Positions 37,641-51,445 are shown, numbered from the stretch's first letter. The stretch: DNA of 64,000 nt from the human T2T-CHM13v2.0 reference genome, Homo sapiens (GCF_009914755.1 NC_060925.1), one strand, 5' to 3'. Made by a program: numbers and translations. Notes: generated by a model from the sequence alone, not told the origin.

Positions 37641-38867
37641 GCTGGCCCACGCTTCTTCATGCATTCACGCGCATTCATTTGTTTGCTCGTTTATTCATTC
37701 ATTCATTCATTCATTTGTTCACTAACTCAACAAATATTTATTTTGCATTAGTCGTGGACGAGACTCTATGCTAAGTGCTAGCTGCTTTGCTGCACCTTTT
37801 CACCTATCCTCATAATGACCTGGTGCTTTTCCTGTCCTCATTTCGTAGTGGAAGAAATGGGGTTGAGTAACAACAACAAGTAAGTGACAGAGTTGAGATT
37901 GAGCCCACAGTGTGACTTTTCCAACCCCTCCTGTCTCAGGCAGGGGCTGGAAGAGCAAGTAGCCCTGCCCAGGCCCCATGGATCAGAGCTCCTAGCTCGT
38001 CCCTGTCACCCAGACATTTCAACTGAACAGGCCCAGAAAATCAAGGATAGGATTTTCTCCAAAATGCCATTGGCATCTCTGGGGACAGAGTCACATTTTC
38101 CTACTGATTACACAACACGGTAGCATTTACAATAGTCGCTCCATCCATCAATATCAGTCAGAGCCAGCAAGAAATGTCCCCCTTCCCCCAACCCTGTGGT
38201 GACCCAGACTGAGAGCAGAGGCAGGATGGAGGGAAGAGGGGACATGGCTCTGCCCTTCACAGAGCCCAGGGATGAAGGGGAGATGCGCCCCTTCGGGGGG
38301 AGCGTGGGAGTTGTCTGGCATTGACGCCTATGGACCTTGGAGTCACACAGACGTGGACTCTGATCCCGGCTTTGCACTCTCTAGCTCTGTGGCCTTGGGC
38401 AATTCAGTTACTTCTTCTCTAGAAGCCTCAGTTTTCTTATGTGCAAAATGGGTATAATGACCCCTCCTTCTGAGGCTTGTCTGTGCAAACTGAATAAGAC
38501 CATGTTCTGAGCAGTAACTACTTGGAGGCTGGTTGACTGAGTAGAGAGATATGGTCTCAGACTCCTGTCTGGGCTGGTTATCCTGTCCTCTCTTGGAAGG
38601 GCGAGCACATTTTCCAAATGGAATTGTCTGGCACCTCCTCTATTCTCTGCCTCTAAAAAGAGTCTAACTGAAGGCAGACGATGGAGTGGGGTGATGTTTG
38701 TTGTGCACCTACCATACCAGGACTGGGTCAGGCATGCTCGGAGGTCTGAGTGCAGAGGCCTCTTCCCTTGATCCTGAGCCAGTGTGTCAGGTCCAGGAAA
38801 ACCCAAGGAGCAGAGATGGGATAAGACTTCAAGGACTTGGGACAAGGGGCCCTTGTCACAAGGGCTC

Positions 38868-38894
38868 TGTGTGTGTGTGTGTGTGTGTGTGTGT
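38868..38894. repeat. (TG)13 microsatellite
   Basis: Direct reading. Confidence 0.95.
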
Positions 38895-39789
38895 TTCTGA
38901 ACATGGGTTTCTGACATTTGGATTTCTTTCCCCATTTATTTAGTAAGCGTATATGTGCATTGAATAAATGTAATTGAGCACCTACCATGTGTCCTAACTG
39001 TTCAAAATGCTGGGGCTACAACCATGAACAATGAGGCAAAATTGCAAACCTCATAGAGGCTGGATGCTAGTTAAGGAGACAATGTTTATGTAAACAACAA
39101 CCAAAAAATCAAATCCTAGCCCTGCTGTGTGACTTTGGGCAAGGCACTTAGCCTCTCTGAGCATGAGTGTCTCTCTTTGGGATGTTACCTAATGACTCCT
39201 GCCTTACAGAGCTACTCAGAGAGAATGTATGTAAACTGAAACTGCATTGCAAACTGGAAAGCTTTGTGCTTATATGCATTACTCTGCATGTAAACATGTG
39301 TGCTTGCCAGCACCCATTTTCCTTGGCTCAGTGAACACAGCACCTGTGGGACTCCGGAACTGGTCCCAAATTCCATAAAATCCACAACGCCTCCCACCAG
39401 AAATGTAGGGAGGGAACCATATGGCTCTGATATCCTGACTTTGGGTTTGGTTTTGCCCCAAGACAACACATCCTGCAAGTTTCTCTGCTTGTAACTTAAG
39501 TCCCAAGCCTCTTGCTCTAATAGCTTTCATGTTAAGGAGGGCAGAAAAGGTTGAGCTGAACATTGGAAATGCCCTAAGCCTGGAGAGAGGTCTGGCTTCA
39601 GTGAAGGGGACATGAGCCTGGCCCCAGGAAGTGGAGAGGAAACCCAATGAGGGTGGACTGACAGAGGTGCTACTATCATCAATAATGTCATTCTCCAAGT
39701 CCTCCCTTCCTGGCTCTGAGTGAGTAAAACACTCACACTCCACTGCTCTCAAAGGGCTTGACACCAGTGCCCAAGCACTGGCCTCACTG

Positions 39790-39990
39790 AGGCTCTCAAC
39801 ATAAATCACCTATCCTGATCCAACTCCTGCCAATGCTGCCTAACCCAGCTCAGTCCTGCTCACCTAAGTATAGCCCAAACTTTCCAACATAACCTAGTCC
39901 AACCCATCCAACACCTCTCTTAACCTAGCCTAGTCCAACCCAGGCAACCTCGTCCATTGCAACTCATCCCAACCCAACCTGTGTAGCTCA
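39790..39990. repeat. Degenerate pentamer tract (AACCC/AGCCC/AGCTC), left part
   Basis: 5-bp periodic ccaac/cctag/ccagc. Confidence 0.6.
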
Positions 39991-39991
39991 A

Positions 39992-40687
39992 TGGTGGTAG
40001 AAACTGTAGACTGATTCATTCAGCCCCTTTCCCTCTCTCCTTCTAGTGTGCCTTTTTATCTCATAGGGGCTGAAAAGCTAAAAACTGTATTTCCCAGACT
40101 GCCCTAGAGTTAGAATGCAGATGTTATGTAGGTTTTACCGCATGCCATACATTCATGCAAGGCTTGAAGTCAGAAGTGTATTGAATGGGCAGAAAGGCAA
40201 GGAATGAGCCGTCCTTTCAAAACAATAACCATAGAAAAAACTCATGCAAAAGAAGAGAGAAGAGTGTGATGTACCTCTATCTGTATGACCCAGATTCAAC
40301 AATTAGGAACATTTTTCCAATTTTGTGTTACCTGCCCAAATAATTTCCTCACCGTACTTTTTTTTATCTGGAGAGAAACCCTGTCAATGCTTTCACTGAA
40401 GTGTGCATTTAGCTAGTGTGGACATGCAGGCGAGCATGTTTCTTGAGTCAGAAGCCAAATTGGTGGCTTCCTGACTTGGCAGATGGTTTCCTAATGGTTG
40501 CAAAAGGAGCAGCTGCCTTGGTGGTCCATTCTGCAGCCTAACTTTGGGAGTTGGTCCTGAAGATGAAGCCTAGAATCTGTTTTCAGCTCTCCAAATATTT
40601 CTGTGAGCCATGAAATACTGTTAATACATTTATTTTTGCTTAAACTATTCAGAGTAGATTCTGTCTCTGAAACTAAAAGCTAATACA
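39992..40687 (+). mobile_element. ERVL LTR, LTR33-like, with a small L1M fragment inside (~40220-40370)
   Basis: gctgaaaagctaaaaactgtatttcccagact...ttttgcttaaactattcagagtagattctgt...ctaataca. Confidence 0.65.
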
Positions 40688-41030
40688 TCCCCAACCAAAT
40701 ATATCCTCAGCTCAGTCTAACCCTGCTAAAAACCAACCCATCCTAAAATCATTCCAACCCACCCAAGCATGTTAAATCCAGCCTGATTCAAATTAGCCTA
40801 GCTCAGCCAAACCCAGCCCCAACCAAGCTATGCCTGACTCACCTCTTTCTACCTCAGCCCATCTAAACTCAATGCAATCCATCACATCTCAGCCTAGGTC
40901 AATTACCTTAATTTAAACAAGCCATTTAATCTGCACCTCAGCTTATATGACCCATCCAACTCATCTCAACTCAGTCTCTCCCAGCCCTAATCCCAACCTA
41001 CCCAATGAATCTCAACCCAACCCATTCCAT
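40688..41030. repeat. Degenerate pentamer tract, right part
   Basis: ctcagctcagtctaaccc...aacccagccccaacc...ctcaacccaacccatt. Confidence 0.6.
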
Positions 41031-41368
41031 GGGAGTTGAGTGACACAGCCCATTTAATTTCACACGTATTTACTGAGTATCTTTTGGGGCCCCTGTGAGA
41101 GAACAAAGGGAACTTGAACTTCTTTACAGATGTAAGGCTGCATTCTTTTTTTTTATGCATTTCCTTTGTTCTTTTTTGCCTCCTTCTTTCCGATATCCCC
41201 CCCACTATAGACCCTGCCTCCTTGTTTACGTCCTTTCACCTTGGCTACCCAGTGTCCCCACAGTGCTTTCCAGGTGTTCAAGACCTCCAGTGGGAAGCCC
41301 CTCTCCTTCCCGGTCCTACCTGCCTGGAGAGTACCCCTAGAACCTCCACTCCTGCAAAGCTTATCTAT

Positions 41369-41980
41369 TGTAGTAGTCAGAATTTCTAAAATGGGCTCCC
41401 AAAGATGCCCTTCCCTGATTCCTGAAACTTGTGAATATGATTAGACATCGCTCCTGTGATGATGTTATGTTATATGGTATAGTTGGCCTTAAGATAGGGA
41501 AGTTATCCTGAAGTATCTGGTGGTCCCAGTGGAATCAGATGAGCCCTTAAAAGCAGCAAGCTTTCTTTAGCCAACAGCAGAAAAGGAAGTCAGAAGAAGG
41601 AGATCTTGGAGATATTTGAAGTATGAGAATAACTTGCTGCATCATTGCTGGCTTTGAAAATGGAGAGGACCATGTGAGAAGGAAAATGAATGGCCTTAAG
41701 GAGCTGATGGCTAGCAAGGAACCAGGGACTTCAGTCTACAACTGCAAAGAACTGGATTTTGCCAACATCCTGATTGAGCTTGGAAGGGCATTTTTCCCAG
41801 AGCCTTCCCATAAGACCCCAGATGGCTAACACCTTGATTTTAGCCTGTGAGACCCAGGGCAGAAGACTCACATAAGCCCACCCGGATTTCTGGGCTACAC
41901 AATTATACCATAGTAAATAGGTACTGCTATAAGTTGCTAAATTTATGGTAATTTGTTTCATAGCAATAGAAAACTAATAT
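41369..41980 (+). mobile_element. MLT1E-like solo LTR
   Basis: tgtagtagtcagaatt...tacaactgcaaagaactggattttgccaac...tttatggtaatttgtttcatagcaatagaaaactaata. Confidence 0.8.
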
Positions 41981-42059
41981 GCCTAGCCTGTGTTCACTCT
42001 CTCAGAATTATCTTGATTTTTTTTTTTTTCCTAATCAACCTAAGAGATGAATCATCACA

Positions 42060-42280
42060 GAATAGGGAAAGAATACAGTATTGAACACAAATACACCTGG
42101 GTTCCAATCCTGGCTCAGTCACCTACTAGCCATGTGACTTCAGCCAAGTTACATAACCCTTCTAGGAAGAGCTTTATTCATCAATAAAATATGAGGATGA
42201 TAACTTTCCTGGTCAGTTTGCTTGGAAAATTAAATATAATGCACATTGCATGTCTGACACATAGTAGGGGCTTAAATGTT
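42060..42280 (+). mobile_element. MIR
   Basis: acctgggttccaatcctggctcagtcacctactagccatgtgact. Confidence 0.7.
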
Positions 42281-43554
42281 TCTTTTACTTGTTTGGGATA
42301 GCAATAAGCTAATATTAAGTAGTCAGTTTAAAGATGTTAGAGTAAGTGCAGTTATTTTTTTCACTACCATCATTAATAGTCGGACAATTTTAATAGCACA
42401 TCACTGACTTGACCTAGAGGGAGAGCTACTAGTGGAATTGAGGCCATGCTGATGAAGAGGGGTACTTGGTAGAGTGCCCAACATCACAGATCTCTAAGCC
42501 TATGTCAGAGTCTGGGTCTTGGATTAGTCACTGGACACACTATGAGACCAGGAGGAAGGAAATAAGCGGTGAAAATGACCCAAAGTTAAATTGAGAAATA
42601 CATGCTGTACTCTGGAAATGAAATCACCTGATCTCCCTTTCTGGACCCAGGGAGCAGGTGACCCCAGCCACGGCTTCTTCTTTCAGGAACTGCAAAGCAG
42701 GCAGGACTGAGCTCATACTGCCACATCCTGCTCAATCTAGGAGGGTATCAGGAACCAAGCCATTTCCCTTTCTTCTCCCCAAGTCTAAACTTTACAAGTT
42801 ATCAGAGAGAGCATAGAACAAGCAATCTTGAGTGTGTGGAGAAGGAAGACCTATTGAACTTTTCAGAGCTCTTCGGGGTTCAGCATTTTGTCCCTCTCCT
42901 TTTCCTCCTATCCTCATAGCCCCACTCCTCATCTACATGGACCCTTGGGGCCGTTGGATTTGGTGGTATCCTGTAAAGGTCTCCAGGCTTGTCAGAAAGC
43001 CTAGGTTCTGGTCCGTGGTGTGCAGAGCTTGTTTGCACCCACTGGCCAGAGCTGACCGTAAGTGCCTCTATTCAACTGCACTATCAAGTGATCTCACTTC
43101 AGTTTGAAATCTGCCATGGTGAGAACACACCATAGAAACTGGCAAAGACTGCAAATCAGGCTTTCTCTTCTCTAGAGAGCTGGTGTTAAATTTACCAGTA
43201 GACTGATGCTTCTAGCCTTGGCGGCCTGGGAAGAGGCAGATTCCTGCCCTTTTCTGGGCCTCAGTTCCCTCTTTAGTCAGTGCCTTAGCTACCCTCTAAG
43301 GGCCTTTAAAAAAAGCTCATTAGATACCAAAGAAAAGAGAGAAAGTGTGGATAACAAAATTATTGCTTTCATGGTAATACTTTCACAATAAAAATAGGGT
43401 TCACAATAGTCACATTTAGAAAGAGCTCTCTCTTTGCTAAATACCATGCTATGTATGTCATCTAAGGCCCTCCCTTGCCTTACTTAACCCCCCCTCACAC
43501 CTGATTCAATCAGCTAGTGAGGTACGCAGGGCTGAAGATTTTTCCCCACTTGGC

Positions 43555-43770
43555 TCTGAAATTTGAGTGTCTGCATATGATTCTGGGCTCCACCACTTTC
43601 TCAGTTAGTTTGACTAAGTTATTTAATTTCTTTGTCTCTTGTTTCCTAACATGTAAAATGGAACAATAATAAAAGTTTCTACTTCTTCAGGTTGTTATGA
43701 GTATTAAGTGAGAAAACCCATGTAAAATGCTTGGATTAGTGTCAGTCACACAGTAAGGGCTAAAGGAATG
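43555..43770 (+). mobile_element. MIR
   Basis: gtttcctaacatgtaaaatggaacaataat...gtaaaatgcttgg. Confidence 0.7.
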
Positions 43771-45699
43771 TTGAGAAATGTCTTAACATTGTCTATCCCT
43801 GCATCTGTGGAGCCCACACAGGCCTGTTCCATGGTAGATGCCTAATAAATGTTTGTATTGGAAAAGAAGGGAGGCCAATAGACAAAAATGACAGAGAGAA
43901 ATATTTGTATTAATAACTAAATGAATCTTTCATGTTTACTCACCTCGGTCTTTCCCATTTACTTTCACCAACTTATCTCATGACCGCCCTCATAGATGTT
44001 CTACAAAGAGTTGGAAATTCATTTACGTAGTCACTCAACAAATATTAATTGAGCCCCTCTGGTGCCAGGTCCTGGCTAGATGCTGAGGCTACCATTGGGA
44101 ATGAGCTCTGGGTTTAGCTGGCGTTAGAATCGTGGAGTCCTTGGTCTTCTGTTGGGCAGACAGGCTCTGAGGGGCCACAAGCTTTGTGCTTGCAGGTACA
44201 AGGGGTGATGTGCTATGTTCCACTGCCACCTGCCACTCTGATCCCTGGGTTAGATGATCCTACATTTGAACCTTGGCTCTGCTATTTACAAGTGATGTCT
44301 CTTGTTCTTGGACAGGTGGTCCCCTCTTTTTTCTAAATCCCTCTTTCCTCTTAAGTCAAATGGATAAAAACATCCACCCTACTTCAAGGTTCAAACCTGT
44401 GTTTGAGGGGTAGAGCAGATGCTGGCATCTGGCACGGAAAAACACAATAAGTACATGCTTGCCCCTTCCTCTGGGCCACAGTCGGAGGTAGGCCCCCATT
44501 TTTCAGGGAAACAGAGGCCCAGGGAGGTGAAGAAACTTTCTTAAGCTCCCCGAACCTTGTGCATGTGGTGGGGAGCAGGATTCCCACCCACCTCTGCAGC
44601 CTGAGCTTTGCCACTGCATGAGTCCCCTGCCCATGTGGGAGGAAAGGCACTGGGGACCTTGGGCTATAGCAGGCCCAGGCGGGCCACAGGGGAGGGTGAG
44701 GGGTGTACAAGCCTGGCCCATGGACATGCAGAGAGCCCTCGCTAGGAGATTGGCTAGCCCCACACAAATAAACCCAGACATGGGGGCTGGGCCTGGGACT
44801 CACTGGGGACTGCTCCAGGGCAGGGCTGGAGTTTCACTTTTCACCCAGCTCAGATGGGGAGTGACAGGGCTGGGGGCTGCCTGACAGTTCAAAGAGGGTA
44901 TGTGGCTCTGAGGTCGCAGTTCAGCAGAGAAGTCATTCCCCAGCCCCCTCAGCTGGGAAAAATGTGTTCAAGCTGTTCCCCCTCCCGGAGTGTTCTTGCC
45001 TCCCTCTCCCCTCCCCCTGTCCCTCCCACTGCACTGCTTGCAGGGGTTGGTGGGGGTGGTACTCCAGGACCCACTGGGCCACTCCTCCTGCAGGAGGTCT
45101 ACGCTGAACATTCTTGCCCCCTCAACCTCTTTATTTCCTTCACTCTCATTTCACTGAGCACCTGCTATATGCCAGGCCCTGGGCCAGGCACAGGCGATGC
45201 TGAGATACATAAACTCTGTCTGCTGAAAGAGCTCATGAGGTGATGAGAGAAATAGACAAAAACAGATAATGTCAGTGCAACATGATAGGAGCTAAGATAA
45301 TGGTAGTTTCCATTTATTGAGTGCTTGTTATGAACCACAGGTTTTATATGTAGTATATCATTTGCTCCTCACAAGAAATATAATCCCTGCACAGTAATTA
45401 CTCCATTTGACAGCTGAGAAGACTGAGGCTTTGGAAGGCAGCCTGCTCATGTCACATGACAAGCTCCAAAGCCTTGCCCTTTCTACCATCTCCTCCTGCC
45501 CCAGGGGCTATGAGAAGTCTGGAGAACCTTGGGAAGGAGAGGTGGGTTGGGGATGCTTCCTGGAGGAGACTGTACCTGGGCAGCACCTTGGACTAGGCAG
45601 TGGCTAGCTGGCTTGGTGGGGAGATGGCTTTTCAGACAGAGAGAGGAGTTTGTATAAAGATCCCGGGAACTGAATGCCAGTCCTCTCTTGGGCACCATG

Positions 45700-46830
45700 C
45701 TTGGCTGTTCTGACTGCTTTCTCTGAAGTCTTTTCCTGGCTCATCCTCTCCTCCCAGGTGGTTAACTTCCATTCTGCTTCCTCTCCCACAGATTCTCTCT
45801 CCCTACATGACCTCATCCATGCCCTTGGCTTCAGCTACCATCTCTCTGCCAATGACATGAACATCTCTCTCCCATAAGAACCGTACATCCCACTGCTTAC
45901 TTGACCCCTTCAGTTCAGTGTCTTAAAGGGACTTGAAATGCCAACATGCCCCAAAGAGAATGTCCATTCCAGGGCTCTTGTCTCTGGGCCTGGTAACAGC
46001 CTTCAGCCTGCAGCCTGTACCCAGGGCAGAGTCAGCCTGACACCTCCTCCTCCCTCACCTCCGCAGCTGAGCCCTCACCAAGGCCCATGGATCCTGTCTC
46101 CATCCACATTTCCCATCTCCACTTCTGCTGTCCTGTCTGAGCTACCATCCCCTGCCTAGATTATAGCAAAGCCTCCCCAAATGGGCTGTCCTCTCCACTT
46201 CTGTTCACAATGCAATCCATGCTCAACATCGTTGCCAGTGTGATCTCTTGAACACACCTTACATTCTGCTGCTTACATCCATGACTTGCTATTGCTTTTA
46301 GGATAAGAGTCCAGTTCCTTCTGGGGAACTGGGGAAGCCTCCAGGGACCTGTGTGATCTAGGCCTGCCAACTTCTTCAGGTTTATCTTTCGCCATGGAAC
46401 CCACTGAACCATCACGTCACCATTGTGGACTCTGGTTATTTGAAATGTTCCCGGCTTCCTCCCACCCAGGGAAGTTCAAATGCACAGATTCCACTGCTAG
46501 GAATGCCCCTCCTGACTCCAGGCCGGCCCTAGTCAATTCCTCTGTGTAGTCACATCTTACATCCACTCCGACATTCACTCCTCACTCAGGAAACTTCTCC
46601 CGGCACTCACAGTAGGTCGCCCTTGCCTGTTGGTGTGCTTATTGTCCCCTGAGCTTTTCTATCATAGCACTTATTCACTTGTGTTTCATATTAGGTTAAA
46701 AATGACGCCGTTTCTCTCCCGCATTCGGCTGTGAGCTCCTCCAGGGCAGGCCTATGCCCAGGTCATCTCTTTGCCCCACAGTGCTCAGCACAGTGCCTAG
46801 CCAGCCCAGGCCCTCAGCCAGCCTCTGCTA
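45700..46830 (+). mobile_element. L2 fragment
   Basis: ctcatccatgcccttggcttcagctaccatctctctgccaatgac...tgtgagctcctccagggcagg...cacagtgctcagcacagtgcct. Confidence 0.7.
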
Positions 46831-48124
46831 AGGGAGCCCCCCAGGAGCTGGTGTGGTTTAGTGGCAGTGGCTGTTGTGCAGGCTGTGGCTGAGACTGGCC
46901 AGGGAAATGCTAAGCGGCATCTGAGAAAAGCATCGCATCTGCAGCTCACCCTTTATGTCTCAGCGCGTAGGCAAGCTCTGGCTTCACCTCTGGCTTGCTG
47001 TGTGACCTGGGGCAAGATCCTGTACCTCTCTTGGCTTTGAATTACTCAGGGGATTGGACCCATGACCTTGTGGCTCAGTCTAAGACTCCAAATGGATAAA
47101 CCCTCTGATCCTGAAGAGGAGGTTGGGGTGTCAAGGGCCCATTTGCAGAAGTCTCTGGAGAGAGTAGAGTGGTCTGAAGCTGTGGAAGAGGAAGATTTCA
47201 GGCTCAGGGTCCATGGAGCTCTTTTTCCTGCTCCTACTGCCCATGAGGAGGCAGCCACAATAAGCCTCAGCCTCCCCCTGCCACTCCCTGTGACAGCTAC
47301 CACTCACATCTGGGGAGCAGCCTGGCATCCCCAAGGTCACGTTAGGACAGGGAGCAACTCACATCTTGTGTTCATAAAAAGGTAGTGGCGGCAATGGATG
47401 GAGGCCTTGGCCCCCCAGAGAGGTGAGCACTGCCAGTGATGTGCCCCTACTCTTTATCTCAGGGACCTGGCTTGCCATCTTATTTTACAATGGGGTAAAC
47501 GGAGGTCCCAAGCAGGGGCATTGTCCCCTAGGGCCACACAGCCAGGCACTGAATGGCAGAGCTGGTACTAAAGCTGGCCATCAGAAGTCATTGCTCAGGG
47601 ATATGTTGGTTGGTAACCCGGGCCTGGCTGTACTAGGGGAAGGTGCACATTCACAACCCTGGGCAGGGAGCCAGGAGCTGGTGTGGTGTGGAAACCTGGG
47701 CTCTAGAGCCACTGACTCGGTGTTGTGACCTGGGAAAGTTGCCCTGTTTCTCTGGCCCCAAGGTCCTCACCTGCCTGATGGGAGAAGAGCAAAGGATCGG
47801 GCTGAAGTGGCACAGCATATGTTGGAGCGTGGATGGTGGCCCCTCAGCTCCCAGAGCTCCGAGACAGCATGGTGGGCCTGCGGGTGGCATGACCTTGCCA
47901 ATGATAACCCTACAGGGCTCGGGGCCAGGCCCCTTCTCTCCGTGGGTCATTCATTTACCAAGGCAGAGGCACCGGGGAAGAGGACTGGGCAGGACCTTAT
48001 CTTATCAGGACTGATCAAGGAAGGGGCTGCTAGGGGGCTGAGGGGAAGAGCGGCAGGAAGGAGGCCACTCCCCAGCTCTGGGGCCACCTGCTTCCCTGGC
48101 TCCTCAGAATCTTGAGTCAGGTCC

Positions 48125-48252
48125 TCCTGGGCATGACTGGTATTCTGGGCAGACAGTTATTTTGTGTAGGGCATTAGCACCTATGGCAACTCACTGTGAC
48201 AAAATGTTCCCAAACATTCCCTAATGCCTCCTGGGGTGACATGCAAACCCCT
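48125..48252 (-). mobile_element. MER20 fragment
   Basis: tgtgacaaaatgttcccaaacattccctaatgcctcctgggg. Confidence 0.5.
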
Positions 48253-48769
48253 CTGGGCCATCCTGTCATCCCTTCTGCTCAGAGCTCATGAGTGCACACC
48301 TGCCTCAGTGCACTGATTGGGGCCTAGGCCACAAGAAGGCCGTGGGGGAGAGTGAGGTACTCATCCCCCAGTGGGGAGACTGCCTGAGTCTCCTTCCCCC
48401 GACCCTGTCACGATCATGCTGATGGCTGCCATCTAGAACCTGGGCCCCCTCTGTAGCACACATTGCAGACAGCCAAGACCAAGGCGAGCAGCACACCACA
48501 ACCTATCAGGAGTCTAATCCCTGTTCCGGTGCTAACTTGCTGAACAAGCTGAGGCAACTCTCTTCCCCTCTCTGAGCCTTTGTTTGCTCGGGTGTAACAT
48601 GTGGGGGTAGGAGGAAGGATCTCTAAATAAACCAGAAGACATTCTCTTAGCGCACAGGTGGGTGCACTAAGGTGGGTGCACAGCATTGTCCTCACCCGCT
48701 TCCTGCCAAGGGTCTGCCATTTCAAGTTGCCCATCCCCAGAGCTGTCACCAGCAGCAGCAGCAGGGTGC

Positions 48770-48866
48770 AGTAGGCAGAGCATGGTTTGAATCCCAGTTC
48801 CTCCTGTTGCTGACTTTTATGGTTCTGGGCAAGTTGCTTCCCCTCTCTGAGTCTCAGTTTGCTCAA

Positions 48867-48903
<37 letters not shown>

Positions 48904-48975
48904 GGAGAAAAGAATAGGTACGAGAATTAATGTGATACCTTTGCAGCGTTGGGCGCTTCAGGGGCATTTATTAAA
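48770..48975 (+). mobile_element. MIR with A31 run (48871-48901) in its core
   Basis: tttgaatcccagttc...ggcaagttgcttccctctctgagtctcagtttgctcaattgt(A)31gtggag. Confidence 0.75.
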
Positions 48976-49629
48976 CACGCACTGTGGCTCCTGTCCTGGT
49001 GGGAGCTGGTCTAACGCGGTGGTACATGGTGTGGGGCTGCCTGTGCTGCAGTTTCCAACAGACAGCAAGGGGATTCCCAGCGAGGAATCGCTAAGACTTA
49101 ACTCGGATTGCTGCAGCACCTGGGCACACACCACAGCCACACCTTGGGTGTAGCCACACCCATGTCCATGCACACATCCCAGATGTGCACTCACACAGCC
49201 TAGCCACCCACGAATACGCGTGTGAATGTGTCCTTGCCTGTCCAGGGCCAGGTGCCCTCTGACCTGCCTGTTTCAGGAGATGAGTCTGAGGCTGAAGCAG
49301 GGAAGTGACTTGCAAGAAGAGATAGGGCAATGGCAGAACCAGAATTCTGGCACACAGAGCTCTGGCTTCCCAGACTGGCTGGCTCCAGTGTTCCAGGTAG
49401 CCCACGCCAGATGTCCAGGTGCGAGGGTGCACGCCCAGGCACACTCTCACAAGGTTACACAGGCCGTGCATTCAAACGAGTGGCCCTGGAGCAAAAGCTA
49501 AGGCACAGCCACATTACCCTACCCATCCAGGACCCACCAGAGCCCAGGAGGGTAACCCTGAGGGAGACAGACCAGGGCACCGCACACTGGGTCCCAAGCA
49601 CATCTACCCTGCGGTTCCCCTGGGCCAAG

Positions 49630-49960
49630 CCGAGTCCTCCCCAGCACAACAGCGCGGCCCCTCGGCCTCCGCTTAACCTGGGCGCGCGGGCTGGCTGGGC
49701 CGGGGCCATTATGCGGGCGCATGGCCGGCCGCGCCGGGGCGCAGAGCAAACTTAACCTTCATTTGGGAGCGCCCAGCGGCCGGAGCGCGCGGCGCAGCCA
49801 TCGATCGCGGCTAATGGCCTCGTCTAAATGCGGAGCCGCTGCCTCCGCCCCCCGGGTCAGGGCGCCCCCGCCCTCGCCCCCCGCTCCGTGCAAAATGGTG
49901 TTTACCAAAGTCAATATTGGCCGCGGCGCCCGCCCGGGGCACCCGGGAGCCCCTCTGGCC
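49630..49960. promoter_or_regulatory. CpG island 2 (orphan, enhancer-like)
   Basis: Dense CpG with embedded TAAT and FOX motifs. Confidence 0.8.
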
Positions 49961-51002
49961 TCCCCCAGCCCAAGGCTGGATCTGGGCCACCAGAGCCTCA
50001 TCTTGGTGTCCCAACTAGCCCCGGCCCTGACAAGGAGTCTTTTGAGGGCTAGACACAGGCGGGTCTCGCCCAGGGTCTCCCAGGACCCGACCTGGAGTCT
50101 CAGGCCTCCTTCCTGTCTCGGCGCTGTACTCCCTGGGCAGCGCCTGCAGTGGGAAGAGAGCCTCGGCTTGACTCCTGACTCCATCTCTGTATAGATCTGG
50201 GCAGGTCCCTTCCCCTTTCTGAGCCCTCAGAGCTGTCATTTTTTTTAACGCCTTCCTCAAAGTGTTCTTGAAAGGATTGCATTAGAGATAATGCAGGCCA
50301 AGTGCCCAGCACAGAACCTGACATTCGGGGTCGTTTTGGGAGGGGCTACTCTGACATAAGGCAGAGGGGTGTCTGCCCCTGTCCTGTGTCACCCTTCCCT
50401 GTCTTCTGTCTGGTTGCCTCCTTCAGGGCACTGCTGAGCGGGCTGCTGCCAGCATCAGCCTAACGGAGACACAGCACCGGCCGTGGAAAATTCTTTATCT
50501 TAATCCTACCTCACTACTGAAGAGCCTGAGGCAAATCCTTGACCCCTTGGATGCTCTCGTCTGTGAGGGCAGCAATGAGAATTCCTGCTCTCCCGGCCGC
50601 TGGGCAGATGTGCCCTCGCAGATGAGTGGGTGTCTGAACTGGGGGCACTGAGGACCACACAGCTCCCAGGCAGGGCGGCGGTGTGAGAGGCCCGGAACGT
50701 GCTGATGCGTCGTCTCTGCCTTTCCAGCCTGCAGCCAGTGAGCCGTGTTGAAACGGCATCATATTAAGCTCATTTCGTTATGAGACCTCCACCCCGCTCT
50801 GGGTCGCCTTTCATTCTTGCATTGCGGATCTTTGGATTGATAAGAAAAACATGGTAATTGCAACTTCCCCTTACTCCCCCTTCATTCTCTGTTCACATCA
50901 GAGAAAGGAACTTTTAAATGAGAGCCAGAGAGAAGACTTGAGGGCTGGTCCCAGAGCTCCTTCAGCCACCCGGTTATGGTTACGGAGGGACTGGTAACCT
51001 GA

Positions 51003-51021
51003 GCCTGCCATCTGGTGGCCA
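51003..51021 (-). promoter_or_regulatory. CTCF motif (strong)
   Basis: Reverse strand reads TGGCCACCAGATGGCAGGC, matching the CTCF core. Confidence 0.65.
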
Positions 51022-51194
51022 TGGCTGTGCTGACAGCCTTGCTCCTAGAATGCGGTCTCAGTCCTAGTCCCTACGAACTTAGGCTGATGTGTGACATCTG
51101 AGAGTCACAGAGTCCTAGAATCACAGGATGGTACTTACTTAGGATGGGAGAATATTCGATTCTTGAGATAATGCATTCATGGAATGTTAGAACA

Positions 51195-51445
51195 ATAACA
51201 ATACCTACCATTTCTTGATAGCTTTCTCTGTGTCAAAGTATTAAGAAAGTGCCTTGTGGGAGCTGTTTCATTTAAGTCTCTCTCCATCATCATCACATGG
51301 CGACGACATTTATCCCCATTGTATAGGTGAGAAAACTGAGAATCTCATTAAGTAATTTGTTCAAAATCACATTATGATAAGCAGTGGGTTGAAATGTGAA
51401 CCCAGGTCTCCTGACTCCAGACCCAGGCTGTTAACCACCATACTT
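51195..51445 (-). mobile_element. MIR
   Basis: atccccattgtataggtgagaaaactgag...gaacccaggtctcctgactccagaccc. Confidence 0.75.
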
